Made by a program: the position numbers and the translations under genes | NCBI GenBank assembly: GCA_963718235.1 | Contig: CAVQYR010000001.1 | Location: 1,472,001 to 1,536,000, forward strand | Length of the DNA stretch: 64,000 nt | Direction of reading: 5' to 3' | Source: an uncultured Actinomycetota bacterium | GTDB taxonomy: Bacteria; Actinomycetota; Actinomycetes; JAHEKZ01 | Shown here: in pieces, positions 9,779 through 20,291 of the stretch | How positions within the stretch are numbered: the first letter of the stretch is position 1 | Layout of the letters: each line of letters begins with the position of its first letter | The notes under the pieces: generated by a model | Databases searched by the model: none | What the model was told of the DNA's origin: nothing | Seen by the model: the letters and a program-made list of their open reading frames with translations, nothing else

Positions 9779-11584
9779 TCAGAGCCCGAGGTCGGACTCG
9801 AAGGCGGCCTCCTCCAGCCGGTCCTTGACCGCGACGAGGAAGCGGGCCGCCTCGGCACCGTCGACCAGCCGGTGGTCGTAGGTGAGGGCGAGGAACACCA
9901 TGGACCGCACGGCGATCACATCGCCACCGGTGTCATCGGTGACGACGACCGGGCGCTTCACGACCGACCCCGTGCCGAGGATGCCCACCTCAGGCTGGTT
10001 GATGATCGGCGTGTCGAACAGGGCCCCTCGGCTGCCCGTGTTGGTGAGGGTGAACGTGCCCCCGGCCAGCTCGTCCGGGGTGATCTTGCTCTCGCGGGTG
10101 CGCGAGGCCAGGTCGGCGATCCGCTTGGCGAGCCCGGCGACGTTGAGGTCGCCGGCCTGGTGGATCACCGGCACGAGCAGCCCGCGCTCGGTGTCCACGG
10201 CGATCCCGAGGTTCTCGGCATCGTGGTAGGTGACAGTGCCCGCGTCGGTGTCGATCGTGGCGTTGACCACTGGGTACTGCTTGAGCGCCTCGACCGTCGC
10301 CTTGGCGAAGAACGGCAGGAAGCTGAGCTTCACGCCCTCGCGCTCCTCGAACTCGCGCTTGGCCCGCTGCCGCAGCGCGGCAACCCGGGTCACGTCGACC
10401 TCGACGACGGTGGTCAGCTGGGCCGAGGTCTGCAGCGACTGCACCATGCGGGCGGCGATCACCTTGCGCAGTCGGGACATCTTCTCGGTGCGCGCGCCGG
10501 TGGTGCCGGCGAGCGAGCTGCCGGTCCCAGTAGGTGCCGGAGTAGGTGCCGGAGCGGGTACCGGGGTGGAGGCCGCAGGGGGCGACGCCGCGGTCTGGGC
10601 GGCGCGGGCCTGGGCCACGACCTTGGCGGCCTCGAGCACGTCGTCCTTGCGGATGCGCCCACCCACCCCGGTGCCAGTGACCGACGCGAGGTCGACGCCG
10701 TACTCGGCCGCGAGCTTGCGTACCAGCGGCGTGACGTAGCCGACGTCGGAGCCGCCTGAGGTGTCTGCGGGCGCCGGCGTCGAGACCGGCGCTGACCCGG
10801 GTTCGGCCGCGGACTCGGCCGGGGGTTCGGGTGCGGGGGAGGGAGGCGCTGGTGCCGGCGGCTCAGGAGCCGGAGCCACCGCACCGACGGCCGCAGATGC
10901 GATGACCCCCAGCTCGCCGCCGACGTCGACGACACCGTCCTCGGGAACGGTGATCGCGGTGAGCGTGCCTGCGACCGGTGAGGGGATCTCGGTGTCGACC
11001 TTGTCGGTGGAGACCTCGACGAGCGGCTCGTCCAGCGCGACCGGGTCGCCGACGGCCTTGAGCCATCGGGTGACCGTGCCCTCGGTGACGCTCTCGCCGA
11101 GAGCGGGGAGCACGACTGAGGTCGACCCGGACGCAGTGGGCTCCGCGGCTGGGGCCGTAGTGGGTCGGGCTGCCGCGGCTGGGGCCGCAGTGGGTTCCGC
11201 GGCTGGGGCCGCAGTGGGTTCCGCGGCTGGGGCCGCAGTGGGTTCCGCGGCTGGGGTCTCGGGGATCGGCGCGGTCTCCTCCTGCGCCGGCACCGGGTCC
11301 TCCTCCGCAGCCGGGGCCGATGCCTGGGGCCGAAGGGGCGCCTCGTTCAGCGCCCCGATGACGGCGAGCTCGGCCCCGACGGCCACCGTGTCGTCCTCCT
11401 GGGCGAGGATCCGGAGCAGGACGCCGGACGTCGGCGCCGGGATCTCGGTGTCGACCTTGTCGGTGGAGACCTCGAGCAACGGCTCGTCGGCGGCGATCTC
11501 GTCGCCCTCCTTCTTCAGCCAGCGGGTGATCGTGCCCTCGGTCACGCTCTCGCCGAGCTGGGGCATGGTTACCGACACCGACAT
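9779..11584 (-). CDS. sucB: 2-oxoacid dehydrogenase E2 (DlaT/SucB) with two lipoyl domains
   Basis: Two [12 protein letters not shown] lipoyl motifs, [11 protein letters not shown]3-binding domain, YDHRLVDG catalytic motif. Confidence 0.96.
   Translation of the reverse strand: MSVSVTMPQLGESVTEGTITRWLKKEGDEIAADEPLLEVSTDKVDTEIPAPTSGVLLRILAQEDDTVAVGAELAVIGALNEAPLRPQASAPAAEEDPVPAQEETAPIPETPAAEPTAAPAAEPTAAPAAEPTAAPAAAARPTTAPAAEPTASGSTSVVLPALGESVTEGTVTRWLKAVGDPVALDEPLVEVSTDKVDTEIPSPVAGTLTAITVPEDGVVDVGGELGVIASAAVGAVAPAPEPPAPAPPSPAPEPPAESAAEPGSAPVSTPAPADTSGGSDVGYVTPLVRKLAAEYGVDLASVTGTGVGGRIRKDDVLEAAKVVAQARAAQTAASPPAASTPVPAPAPTPAPTGTGSSLAGTTGARTEKMSRLRKVIAARMVQSLQTSAQLTTVVEVDVTRVAALRQRAKREFEEREGVKLSFLPFFAKATVEALKQYPVVNATIDTDAGTVTYHDAENLGIAVDTERGLLVPVIHQAGDLNVAGLAKRIADLASRTRESKITPDELAGGTFTLTNTGSRGALFDTPIINQPEVGILGTGSVVKRPVVVTDDTGGDVIAVRSMVFLALTYDHRLVDGAEAARFLVAVKDRLEEAAFESDLGL
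11133..11256. repeat. 24-bp coding tandem repeat (AAEPTAAP) in the SucB linker
   Basis: CCGCGGCTGGGGCCGCAGTGGGTT at 11173, 11197 and 11221 plus partial or degenerate flanking copies. Confidence 0.9.
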
Positions 11585-11609
11585 CGCAGATCCCTTTCGC
11601 AGACGACGG

Positions 11610-13016
11610 TCACGAGTGAGCGTGCAACGGTTTGCCCGCGAGCGCCAGGTGAGCCTCACCCATTGCTTCGGACTGCGTGGGGTGGGCATGAAGCAAAGAG
11701 GCCACGTCGTCGGCGTGGGCCTCCCAGTTGTAGATCAGCTGCCCCTCGGCGAGCAGCTCTCCGACCCGGCTGCCGACCAGGTGCACGCCGACGACCGGAC
11801 CCACGGTGTCGCCACTGCGGACGGCGACCAGCTTGACCAGCCCGGCCGTCTTGAGGATCTGGCTCTTGCCGTTGCCGGCGAGGTCGTACGTGGTGGTCAC
11901 GACCGCGTCGCCGTACTTCTCCCGGGCCTGGGCCTCGGTCAGGCCGACGGCTGCCACCTCGGGCTCGGAGTAGGTGATCCGCGGGACTCCGGCGTAGTCG
12001 ATCGGCCGGGGGTCCAGCCCTGCAACCTGCTCGGAGACGAAGATCCCCTCGGCGAAGCCGACGTGGGCCAGCTGCAAGGTCGGGATGAGGTCGCCCACGG
12101 CGTAGATGCGGGGCACGTTGGTGCGGCAGTGGTCGTCCACCAGGACGTAGCCCCGGTCCATGGCGACGCCGGTCTCGGCGTAGCCGAGGCCCTCGGAGAC
12201 CGGCCCTCGGCCGACCGCGACCAGCAGCAGGTCCGCTTCGAGCGTCTTGCCGTTCTCCAGGGCGACACTCACGCCGGCCGCGGTGTGCTCGACGCCGGCG
12301 AACCTTACCCCGAGCTCGTAGGCGATCCCGCGGCGGCGGAACTGGCGCTCGAGCTGCTTGCTCAGTGCCTCGTCGTCGGCGGGGAGCAGGTGGGGGAGCG
12401 CCTCGACGATGGTGACGCCGGCGCCGAAGGAGGCCCACACGCTGGCGAACTCGACCCCGATGACGCCGCCGCCCAGGATCACCACCGATCGGGGCACGTA
12501 GTCCAGCTGGAGCGCCTGGTCGCTGGTGATCACGCGCGCGCCGTCGATCTCCAGCCCCGGCAGCGACTTCGGGACCGAACCGGTGGCCAGGACGACGTTG
12601 CGTCCGTGGTAGGTGGCGTCGCCGACCGTGACAGCGTCCGGGGCGACCAGGCGTCCCTCGCCGGTGACGTAGGTGATGCCGCGGCTCTTCACCAGTCCTT
12701 GAAGGCCCTTGTGCAGCCGGGAGACCACGGCGTCTTTGTACGAGTTGACCGCCGGCATGTCGATTCCCTCGAACGACGCGTTGACGCCGAACTGGGCGCT
12801 CTCCTTGGTGGCGTCGGCCACCTCCGCGGAGTGCAGCAGTGCCTTGGTCGGGATGCAGCCACGGTGCAGGCAGGTACCGCCGAGCTTGTCCTTCTCGATG
12901 AGCACCACCGACAGGCCGAGCTGGGCTCCGCGCAGAGCGCAGGCGTAGCCCCCGCTGCCTCCGCCGAGCACCACGATGTCGTAGACGGTCTCGGTGGTGC
13001 TCTTGGTCTCGGTCAC
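11610..13016 (-). CDS. lpdA: Dihydrolipoyl dehydrogenase
   Basis: [19 protein letters not shown] redox disulfide, HAHPTQSE; GTG start after GAGGAG. Confidence 0.97.
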   Translation of the reverse strand: MTETKSTTETVYDIVVLGGGSGGYACALRGAQLGLSVVLIEKDKLGGTCLHRGCIPTKALLHSAEVADATKESAQFGVNASFEGIDMPAVNSYKDAVVSRLHKGLQGLVKSRGITYVTGEGRLVAPDAVTVGDATYHGRNVVLATGSVPKSLPGLEIDGARVITSDQALQLDYVPRSVVILGGGVIGVEFASVWASFGAGVTIVEALPHLLPADDEALSKQLERQFRRRGIAYELGVRFAGVEHTAAGVSVALENGKTLEADLLLVAVGRGPVSEGLGYAETGVAMDRGYVLVDDHCRTNVPRIYAVGDLIPTLQLAHVGFAEGIFVSEQVAGLDPRPIDYAGVPRITYSEPEVAAVGLTEAQAREKYGDAVVTTTYDLAGNGKSQILKTAGLVKLVAVRSGDTVGPVVGVHLVGSRVGELLAEGQLIYNWEAHADDVASLLHAHPTQSEAMGEAHLALAGKPLHAHS

Positions 13017-13084
13017 ACCAACTCCTCGGGAGGGCGAAGGGTCCGGACGCATCCTTTCACTCCCAACCCTCACCCCGACACCAT

Positions 13085-13100
13085 GGTCAGGAACCTGACC
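13085..13100. promoter_or_regulatory. Perfect inverted repeat GGTCAGG-AA-CCTGACC, possible operator
   Basis: Lies in the divergent intergenic region upstream of lpdA. Confidence 0.35.
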
Positions 13101-13196
13101 TGCGGGTCGGGCACGCGTAGCGTGGTCACGTTCGTTGGTGGAGGCGACTGGCCGATCCGAGCCGGCTCATCGGTCGACACGTTCAGGAGGAGTGCG

Positions 13197-13505
13197 ATGG
13201 GCCTGTTTCGTCGACGCAAGAAGCCCGGCAGCGCGGGCTCCGGTCGTTCGGCGAGCGGTACCGACCGGGCCTACCTGGAGGAGTGGTCGTCCGCCCGCCG
13301 GGGGGTCGAGGCGTTCGTGGAGCTACGCACCTCGCTGAACCCACCATCGGTCCTGCTCGTGGCCCACGACGGGGAGTGGACCCGGCGTGCGGTCCCCAGC
13401 GAGCAGACCGCCTTCGACTGGGCGAGGGGCTACGGGATCCCCTGCTACGACGCGTCCCTGGTCGGGTATCCCCAGCGGATGCGCGACTGGCGCCCGGGAG
13501 CCTGA
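13197..13505 (+). CDS. Conserved actinobacterial small protein of the lpdA/pepA region
   Basis: AGGAGG RBS; MGLFRRRK...GVEAFVE..T....SVLLVAHDGEWTRR...GYPQRMRDW. Confidence 0.85.
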   Translation: MGLFRRRKKPGSAGSGRSASGTDRAYLEEWSSARRGVEAFVELRTSLNPPSVLLVAHDGEWTRRAVPSEQTAFDWARGYGIPCYDASLVGYPQRMRDWRPGA

Positions 13506-13522
13506 CCGCACGGCAGCACCAC

Positions 13523-13558
13523 GCGAAGCGGCCGCACCCGAGGGTGCGGCCGCTTCGC
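13523..13558. terminator. 17-bp perfect hairpin, probably a bidirectional terminator
   Basis: GCGAAGCGGCCGCACCC-GA-GGGTGCGGCCGCTTCGC. Confidence 0.85.
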
Positions 13559-13742
13559 TGATGGCCCGGATCCGGCAACGGTGCCGATGCGACCGGGGGG
13601 GAGTGGTCGCAGCGACGGGACGTTCCGGTGAAGCGGCGCTGGGGGGGCGGGGATCGGGGGGCGGCGCGTCGACCGGGGGTCGGACCATCAGGTCTGAATC
13701 GTGTTCAGTTGTGAGTCCCGGGGGGAGGGACGTGGTGTTGAC
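13523..13742 (-). ncRNA. Candidate sRNA with several C-rich-loop hairpins (6C-like architecture)
   Basis: TACCTT -10 at 13755-13750; hairpins GUCCC-UCCCCCC-GGGAC, CGACC-CCC-GGUCG and UGCGACC-ACUCCCCCCC-GGUCGCA; ends in the terminator; no credible ORF. Confidence 0.55.
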
Positions 13743-13831
13743 AACCCCTAAGGTAGTCACACTCTCGACAAATGGGTAGTCATCTCACCCGGTCGGACTA
13801 GTCCGTGTGAACCAGGTCGGTGCTGCTCGCT

Positions 13832-15313
13832 CTAGCCGAGGTCCTCGACCAGGCGGACCAGGGTGCGCACGGCGGCCCCCGTGCCGCCCTTGGGGGTGTA
13901 CCCGTAGGCGTCGCCCTCGTTGAAGGACGGGCCAGCGATGTCCAGGTGGGCCCACGGCGTGCCGTCGGGCACGAACTCCTGGAGGAAAAGGCCGGCCGAG
14001 AGCATGCCGCCGTACCGGTTCCCGATGTTGGCGATGTCGGCGATCGGGCTGTCGAGGCTCTTGCGCAGCTCAGGGGGCAGCGGCATCGGCCACATCGACT
14101 CCCCGACCTCGGTGGCCAGGGCGAAGATCTGCTCTCGCAGCTCGTCGTCGTTGCTCATGATCCCCGAGACCCGAGCGCCGAGCGCGACCAGCTGGGCCCC
14201 GGTCAAGGTGGCGACGTCGACGATGACGTCCGGCTCCTCCTCACCGGCGCGGACGATGGCGTCGGCCAGCACGAGTCGACCCTCGGCGTCGGTGTTGAGC
14301 ACCTCGACCGTTCGTCCGCCGTAGATCGTGATCACGTCACCGGGCCGCTGCGCTGCTCCCGAGGGCATGTTCTCCGCGATCGCCATCCAGCCGGTGACGT
14401 TGACCGCCGGCTTCAGCCGAGCCACGGCCACGAGGGCACCGAGGACCGCGGCGGCCCCGCCCATGTCGGACTTCATCCACTCCATGGCGGTGGCCGGCTT
14501 GAGGGACAGCCCGCCCGAGTCGAAGGTGATCCCCTTGCCGACCAGGGCGATGCTGCGGGTCGCCTTGGGGTGCCGGTAGCCCAGGCGCACGAGTCGAGGA
14601 CCGTGCGTCGACCCCTGGCCCACGGCCGTGAGCCCTCCGTAGCCGCCACGACGCAGGGCCTTGTCGTCGGTGACCTCGAGGTCGAGCTTGACGCTGCGGG
14701 CCGCCTTGCGGGCCGCCTCGGCCAGGTCGGCCGGTCGCAGGTCAGAGGGCGGGGTGTTCACCAGATCTCGGGTCAGCGTGACCGACCGGGCCAGGACCTG
14801 GGCCCGGGTGAGCGCCGCCTTGGCGCCCTTCGTCCGCGCGGCGGGGGTCACCAGCTCGAAGGCCTTGACCGGTGCCTTGTGGTCTGCGGCGCTGGACGAC
14901 CGGTAGCTGCGGAAGGCGTAGGCCCCGAACAAGGCGCCCTCCGCGACGGCGTCGACCTCCGCCGGGCTGGAGGCGGGCAGCCCGAGCACCACCGTGCCGG
15001 AGCCGGCGAGGGCCCGCGCGGCGGCCCCGGCCGCCCTGCGCAGAGTCTCCAGGTCGTCGGCCGCGCCGAGCCCGACCGCCACGATCAGCGGCGCAGCGAC
15101 CGACCCGGCCGACGGCAGCTTCACGAGGTCCTGCGGCTTGCCCGTGGCTCCCATGGCCTGCAGGACCTTGCGCAAGGTCCCTCCGTACGCCTCGTCGACC
15201 GCGGCCGCGCCCTCGGCGAGCGTGATGCCGCGCGCTCCGGTCAGAACTCCGATGACGACGGCATCGGCCTTGGCTCGGGCCGGGTTCGCTGAGCTGAGCG
15301 AGAGGGTGGTCAC
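13832..15313 (-). CDS. pepA: Leucyl aminopeptidase (M17)
   Basis: [35 protein letters not shown]. Confidence 0.97.
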   Translation of the reverse strand: MTTLSLSSANPARAKADAVVIGVLTGARGITLAEGAAAVDEAYGGTLRKVLQAMGATGKPQDLVKLPSAGSVAAPLIVAVGLGAADDLETLRRAAGAAARALAGSGTVVLGLPASSPAEVDAVAEGALFGAYAFRSYRSSSAADHKAPVKAFELVTPAARTKGAKAALTRAQVLARSVTLTRDLVNTPPSDLRPADLAEAARKAARSVKLDLEVTDDKALRRGGYGGLTAVGQGSTHGPRLVRLGYRHPKATRSIALVGKGITFDSGGLSLKPATAMEWMKSDMGGAAAVLGALVAVARLKPAVNVTGWMAIAENMPSGAAQRPGDVITIYGGRTVEVLNTDAEGRLVLADAIVRAGEEEPDVIVDVATLTGAQLVALGARVSGIMSNDDELREQIFALATEVGESMWPMPLPPELRKSLDSPIADIANIGNRYGGMLSAGLFLQEFVPDGTPWAHLDIAGPSFNEGDAYGYTPKGGTGAAVRTLVRLVEDLG

Positions 15314-15403
15314 GCGTGCCTCACAGTCGTCGGAAGGGTCGGGAGCGGCGAGCCAGCCGATCGTAGGCGACGTCCCCCCGGGCGGCGCAGTAGGTTCCCC
15401 GGC

Positions 15404-16504
15404 ATGACCGACTCACTTCGCCGTTCGCCCCTCCACTCCCGGCACGCCGCGCTCGGGGCGAAGCTGGCCGACTTCGGCGGCTGGCTGATGCCGATCGAGT
15501 ACCCGGACGGCGGCGTGCTCAAGGAGCATGCGGCGGTCCGCGACGCGGTCGGGCTGTTCGACGTGTCGCACCTGGGGAAGATGCGGGTCGTCGGGCCGGG
15601 CGCGGCCGGTTTCGTCAACACGATGCTGACCAACGACCTCGGACGGATCACGGCCGGCCAGGCGCAGTACTCGCTGCTGTGCGACCCCGATGGCGGTGTC
15701 GTCGACGACCTGATCGTTTACCTGAGGGGCGACGACGAGGTGTTCATCGTCCCCAACGCGGCGAACACTGCTGCGGTCGTTGCGACCCTGGCGGGTGCGG
15801 CACCGCCCGGGATCACGGTCACCGACGAGCACGAGCAGTTCGCGGTGCTCGCGGTGCAGGGGCCCCGGTCGGCCGCGGTGCTCGACGCTCTGGGTCTGCC
15901 GTCCGGCCACGACTACATGGAGTTCGTCGACACGACGTGGGACGGGCGCCCCCTGGTCGTGTGCCGTACCGGCTACACCGGAGAGCACGGGTACGAGCTG
16001 CTGCCCCGTTGGGGCGACGCCGAGGCGGTCTGGGACGCCGTGGTGGCCGCTGGTGGACCGATGGGTCTGCGCCCGGCCGGCCTCGGGGCGCGCGACACCC
16101 TGCGCACGGAGATGGGCTACCCGCTGCACGGGCAGGACCTCGGACCCACGATCACGCCGGTGCAGGCGCGGGTGGGCTGGGCCGTCGGCTGGGCCAAGCC
16201 GCAGTTCGTCGGTCGCGACGTGCTGGTCGCCCAGCGCGAGGCCGGCGCGGACCGGGTGCTCCGTGGGGTCAAGGCGAATGACCGCGGCATTCCCCGCCCG
16301 CAGATGGCGGTCACGACCCCGTCCGGAGAGGTGGTCGGTGAGGTCACCAGCGGCACCTTCTCGCCGACCCTTCGGGTGGGGATCGGGCTGGCCCTGCTCG
16401 ACGCCTCGGTGCAGGAGGGAGACGAGGTCCAGGTCGACGTGCGCGGGCGGCCGTCGTCGATGACCGTCGTCCGGCCACCGTTCGTGCACCCGTCCACCCG
16501 CTGA
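15404..16504 (+). CDS. gcvT: Glycine cleavage system aminomethyltransferase T
   Basis: [32 protein letters not shown]. Confidence 0.97.
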   Translation: MTDSLRRSPLHSRHAALGAKLADFGGWLMPIEYPDGGVLKEHAAVRDAVGLFDVSHLGKMRVVGPGAAGFVNTMLTNDLGRITAGQAQYSLLCDPDGGVVDDLIVYLRGDDEVFIVPNAANTAAVVATLAGAAPPGITVTDEHEQFAVLAVQGPRSAAVLDALGLPSGHDYMEFVDTTWDGRPLVVCRTGYTGEHGYELLPRWGDAEAVWDAVVAAGGPMGLRPAGLGARDTLRTEMGYPLHGQDLGPTITPVQARVGWAVGWAKPQFVGRDVLVAQREAGADRVLRGVKANDRGIPRPQMAVTTPSGEVVGEVTSGTFSPTLRVGIGLALLDASVQEGDEVQVDVRGRPSSMTVVRPPFVHPSTR

Positions 16505-16619
16505 GCCGGCGAACCTCCCTTCACAGACGCCACCTACGTAGCGGCCAGCACGGGCACAGGCGTGCGGGCCAACGTGTCTTTCGTGCCCGACAACGGGCGA
16601 ACGACACGAAGGAGCACTC

Positions 16620-17045
16620 ATGTCCGAGGAGACACCGAAGCGTCGACTGACCCCGTACCTGTCCGCAGCTGCCCTCGTGGCCGCCGGCCTGGTGGGCGGG
16701 GCCGTCCTGGCCGGGACGATGGCGGCCAGCGCGAGCGAGGACGGCAGCGGCAGCAACGGCAGCGAGGACAGCATCGCGGTCGACACCCGTTCCGGCTCTG
16801 GCATGGCCGAGGTCGACCCGAGCCAGCCGATGCGCGACGACGAGGAGCTGCTGACCGGGGAGACCGCGACCCGGGTGACCGACGTCGTCACCGCCGCCTA
16901 CCCCGACGCCACGATCCAGCGGGTCGAGACCGACAGCGACGGGGTGTACGAGGCGCACATCGTGACCGCCGAAGGGAGCGAGCTCATCGTCATGGTGGGC
17001 AAGGACTTCTCGATCACCGGCACCGGGGAGATGGGCCCGCGCTGA
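16620..17045 (+). CDS. Exported protein with PepSY-like C-terminal domain
   Basis: AAGGAG RBS, signal-like hydrophobic stretch, YPDATIQRVETDSDGVYEAHIV. Confidence 0.75.
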   Translation: MSEETPKRRLTPYLSAAALVAAGLVGGAVLAGTMAASASEDGSGSNGSEDSIAVDTRSGSGMAEVDPSQPMRDDEELLTGETATRVTDVVTAAYPDATIQRVETDSDGVYEAHIVTAEGSELIVMVGKDFSITGTGEMGPR

Positions 17046-17046
17046 A

Positions 17047-17829
17047 TCAGCGCACGCAGATCACGAACACGAAGGTCATGAAAGCCACTTCGGCGGCGGC
17101 ACCGAGCACATCACCGGTGACGCCGCCGAAGCGGCTCACGGCCCGCCGCACGAGCAGCTGACTGGCCAGGAGGGCAAGCGCCCCGGCAACCAAGACGTGC
17201 CAGACGAACGACGAAACGACGTCGTCCTCCCACAGCCCGAGGAGCACGAGGAAGCCGGCGACAGCGGCGGTGACCAACAGCAGCGGCAACGATCTCACCG
17301 TCGACGCGACCGACGCGCCCAGGCCGTCGTCCGTCGCCGCCGGCACGGAGGTACGGGTCGACCAGGTGAGCGCGAGTCGGCTGACCACCACCCCGCCGAG
17401 CAGGGCTACCGTGCCGCGACCGCGCAGCAGCGCGACGTCCAGGGCGGCGACGTCGACCAGGACGACCAGCACGAGCGTGGCGACGCCGAAGGGCCCGACG
17501 TCGGAACGTCGCATGACGGCCAACGCCTCAGCGCCGCGTCGTCCGCTGCCGAGACCGTCCGCCGTGTCGGCCAGCCCGTCGAGGTGCAGCGCGCGGGTGA
17601 GCAGGGCGAGCGTGGCGACGGCCACCGCGGCCACGAGGAAGCGGTCGGTGGTCCCGGGCACGAGCCAGCGAACGGAGAGCGCAGCGGCCTCCGCGCCGAG
17701 CCCGAGCAGCACCCCCACCACGGGCGCGAGCAGCATCGCCTGCGCGGCGACCCGACGGTCGACGCGTCTGGGAGCAGGGACCCGGACGGCGGTCAGCGTG
17801 CCCAGGGCCAGGCGAAGGCCGTCGGTCAT
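17047..17829 (-). CDS. cobS: Adenosylcobinamide-GDP ribazoletransferase (cobalamin synthase)
   Basis: [33 protein letters not shown]. Confidence 0.96.
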   Translation of the reverse strand: MTDGLRLALGTLTAVRVPAPRRVDRRVAAQAMLLAPVVGVLLGLGAEAAALSVRWLVPGTTDRFLVAAVAVATLALLTRALHLDGLADTADGLGSGRRGAEALAVMRRSDVGPFGVATLVLVVLVDVAALDVALLRGRGTVALLGGVVVSRLALTWSTRTSVPAATDDGLGASVASTVRSLPLLLVTAAVAGFLVLLGLWEDDVVSSFVWHVLVAGALALLASQLLVRRAVSRFGGVTGDVLGAAAEVAFMTFVFVICVR

Positions 17830-18932
17830 GCGTCGTCGGCAGCCGGCTCGCCGGGCGGCGTCTGGACGTCGGCCCGGTCGGTGACCCCGGCGCCGTCGAA
17901 GGTCGCCATGTCCGCCAGGGCGCTCTGCGCGGCGCGGAGCACCGGGAGGGCGACGACTGCGCCGGTGCCCTCACCGAGCCGCAGTCCGAAGTCGACGATC
18001 GGCTCGAGCTGGAGCTTGCGCAGGGCCAGGTGGTGCGCCGGTTCCACCGATCGGTGCCCTGCCTGCCACCACGACGACGCCCGGAAGGCGACCCGGTGGG
18101 CCACGAGGGCGCAGGCACCGGACACGAGCCCGTCGAGCAGGACCGGGGTCCGGCGCGCGGCGGACTGCAGCAGCATCCCTGTCATAGCCGCGAAGTCGGC
18201 GCCACCACACCAGGCCAAGAGGTCGAGCGGGTCGGACAGGTGCGGACGGGAGTGCCGCATGGAGTCGCGCACGGCGGCGGCCTTGCGCATCCAGGCCTCG
18301 TCGTCCACTCCGGTCCCGCGTCCCGTCACTGCCACGGCGTCACTCCCGGTGAGCAGGGCGACGATCACCGCAGCAGGCGTGGTGTTGCCGATCCCCATGT
18401 CTCCGGTCAGCAGGATGTCCGCGCCCGCGTCGATCTCCTCGTCAGCGATCGCCATCCCGGCCCGGAACGCCTGCTCGCACTCGGCCCGGGTCAGCGCCGG
18501 TCCGACACTGATGTCGTCGCTCCCGCGGCGGACCTTGTACCGGGTGACCTCGGCCGGGAGGTCGTCGAGGTCGGCGTCGACCGACAGGTCGACCACCCGC
18601 ACCCCCACCGCGCTCACCCGGGCCAACGCGTTGACCGCGGCACCTCCGGCCTGGAAGTTGCGCACCATCTGGGCCGTCACCTCCGCGGGGTAGGCCGAGA
18701 CCCCACTACGGGTGACTCCGTGGTCGCCCGCGAAGACGACGACGCGCGCGCGGTCCAAGGGCCGCGGTGGGCACTGCCCCTGCACCGCCGACAGCCAGCT
18801 CGCCAGCTCCTCCAGGCGCCCCAGCGACCCAGGCGGCTTGGTGAGGTGCCGCTGGCGCGCAGTGGCCTCCTCGGCCGCCGCCTCGTCCGGGCGCTCGATC
18901 CGCTCGCGGACCTCCAGCAGGTCGACACTCAT
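17826..18932 (-). CDS. cobT: Nicotinate-nucleotide-dimethylbenzimidazole phosphoribosyltransferase
   Basis: [36 protein letters not shown]. Confidence 0.97.
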   Translation of the reverse strand: MSVDLLEVRERIERPDEAAAEEATARQRHLTKPPGSLGRLEELASWLSAVQGQCPPRPLDRARVVVFAGDHGVTRSGVSAYPAEVTAQMVRNFQAGGAAVNALARVSAVGVRVVDLSVDADLDDLPAEVTRYKVRRGSDDISVGPALTRAECEQAFRAGMAIADEEIDAGADILLTGDMGIGNTTPAAVIVALLTGSDAVAVTGRGTGVDDEAWMRKAAAVRDSMRHSRPHLSDPLDLLAWCGGADFAAMTGMLLQSAARRTPVLLDGLVSGACALVAHRVAFRASSWWQAGHRSVEPAHHLALRKLQLEPIVDFGLRLGEGTGAVVALPVLRAAQSALADMATFDGAGVTDRADVQTPPGEPAADDA

Positions 18933-20284
18933 GAAGGGCGCCTCCGGTCGAGGGAGAGGGTGCGTCCGGCCACGACGAGACGGACGTCGGTGCTGGCCTC
19001 GGCGAGGCGGGCGTTCAGCACCCCCTGCAGGTCACGGAAGGCCCGGCCGGACCATGTGGCCGGCACGATGCCCGAGCCGACCTCGTTGCTGACCCCCACG
19101 AGGTCACCCTTGGACGTGCGCCACGCCTCGACGACGGAGTCGATCCGCTTGATGGCCAGAGTCGTGTCCTGGGTCTGCCAGGCGTCGGTGTCGTCGAGCA
19201 CCCGGGCCAGCCAGGTCGTGAAGCAGTCGACCAGCACGACCTCGCCGACGCCCACCTGATCGAGGACCGACTCGAGGTCGGTGGTCTCGAGGGTGACCCA
19301 CTGCGCTGGCCGACGAGCCCGGTGGACAGCCACGCGCTCGGCCATCTCGGGGTCATCCACGGCCGCGGTGGCGACGTAGGTCACCCGCGCGTGGTCACTG
19401 ACGAGCTGTTCGGCCGCAGTCGACTTGCCCGAGCGGGCGCCACCGAGCAGCAGCACCCGGGACACCGGGGTCGGGTCCACGTGGTCGGTGCTGATCCGGG
19501 AGCCGTCGGGAAGCACCTCCGCCCCGACCTCGGCGAGGCGTCGCCGCAGGACGGGCAGGGGAGGGTTGTGGTGGCTGAGGTGCACGGCGACGACCCGCCC
19601 CCGCGGGCCGATCGCATCGCATGCGCGCAGGGCGCGGGACGTCGTCGCGAACGAGTCGAGGTCGTGGTGGTCGGTTCCGTGGCCGGTGCGCTCGCCGAAC
19701 GTCTCCTCGAGCAGCACGACGTCGAACCGTCGTCCGGCGACCGCGGTCCAGGTGGCGTCGGTGAACGGTCCGGTGTCACTGGCGTGGAACAGGCGGGCGC
19801 CGGACGACGACTCGACGTCGTACAGCAACGCGTCGCTCGAGGACTCCCCGTGGTGGGCGGCATGCAGGGCCCGGACCCGGTAGCCGTCCCAGTCGAGGAC
19901 GTCGCCGCCGGCCAGCGGGTGCAGGGTCACCGGGCCACCTGGTTCGACCCACGGCTCCACCTGGTCGAGGGCCGCGCCCGGCCCGGCGACGACGAGCGGC
20001 CGGGCTCGCTCGGCCCACTGGTGCGCCAGCAGGGCGAGCCCGTCGACGTGGTCGGGATGGGCGTGGGTGATCAGCAGCAGCCCGACGTCGTGCAGTGGTG
20101 CCCGGTGACGCTCCGCTGCCCTGGGGACGTCGGGCCCGCAGTCGATGAGCAGCCGGTCGTCGACCAGCGCCGAGGTGTGACCGCGGACGACACCTGCCCG
20201 TCGGGCGTCGAGGCACGACGGACACGAGCAGAACGGGTTGGGCCAGCCGTCGGCGGACCCGGTGCCCAGCAGGACGACGTCCAC
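18929..20284 (-). CDS. cobU: Fusion of an N-terminal PhnP-like MBL-fold phosphoesterase and C-terminal adenosylcobinamide kinase/guanylyltransferase
   Basis: LGTG-ADGWP-CSCPSC, THAHPDH, SDTG, HLSHH; then [39 protein letters not shown] in a single ORF. Confidence 0.9.
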   Translation of the reverse strand: MDVVLLGTGSADGWPNPFCSCPSCLDARRAGVVRGHTSALVDDRLLIDCGPDVPRAAERHRAPLHDVGLLLITHAHPDHVDGLALLAHQWAERARPLVVAGPGAALDQVEPWVEPGGPVTLHPLAGGDVLDWDGYRVRALHAAHHGESSSDALLYDVESSSGARLFHASDTGPFTDATWTAVAGRRFDVVLLEETFGERTGHGTDHHDLDSFATTSRALRACDAIGPRGRVVAVHLSHHNPPLPVLRRRLAEVGAEVLPDGSRISTDHVDPTPVSRVLLLGGARSGKSTAAEQLVSDHARVTYVATAAVDDPEMAERVAVHRARRPAQWVTLETTDLESVLDQVGVGEVVLVDCFTTWLARVLDDTDAWQTQDTTLAIKRIDSVVEAWRTSKGDLVGVSNEVGSGIVPATWSGRAFRDLQGVLNARLAEASTDVRLVVAGRTLSLDRRRPS

Positions 20285-20291
20285 GACCCGG

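Noticed and set aside
11133-11256. 24-bp repeats as a possible CRISPR or iteron array
   Set aside because: Contiguous in-frame repeats without spacers encoding the Ala/Pro linker of SucB
13750-13770. TGTCGA...TACCTT as a fourth PafBC promoter for the candidate sRNA
   Set aside because: One mismatch in the hexamer and a 9-nt rather than 10-nt spacer
15313-15404. Glycine riboswitch upstream of gcvT
   Set aside because: Only 90 nt of divergent intergenic space, no aptamer motifs, and gcvT looks leaderless
16571-16592. TGTCGG-N10-CACGTT on the minus strand
   Set aside because: The -10 starts with CA rather than TA, it points antisense into gcvT with no gene downstream, and the hairpin explains the sequence
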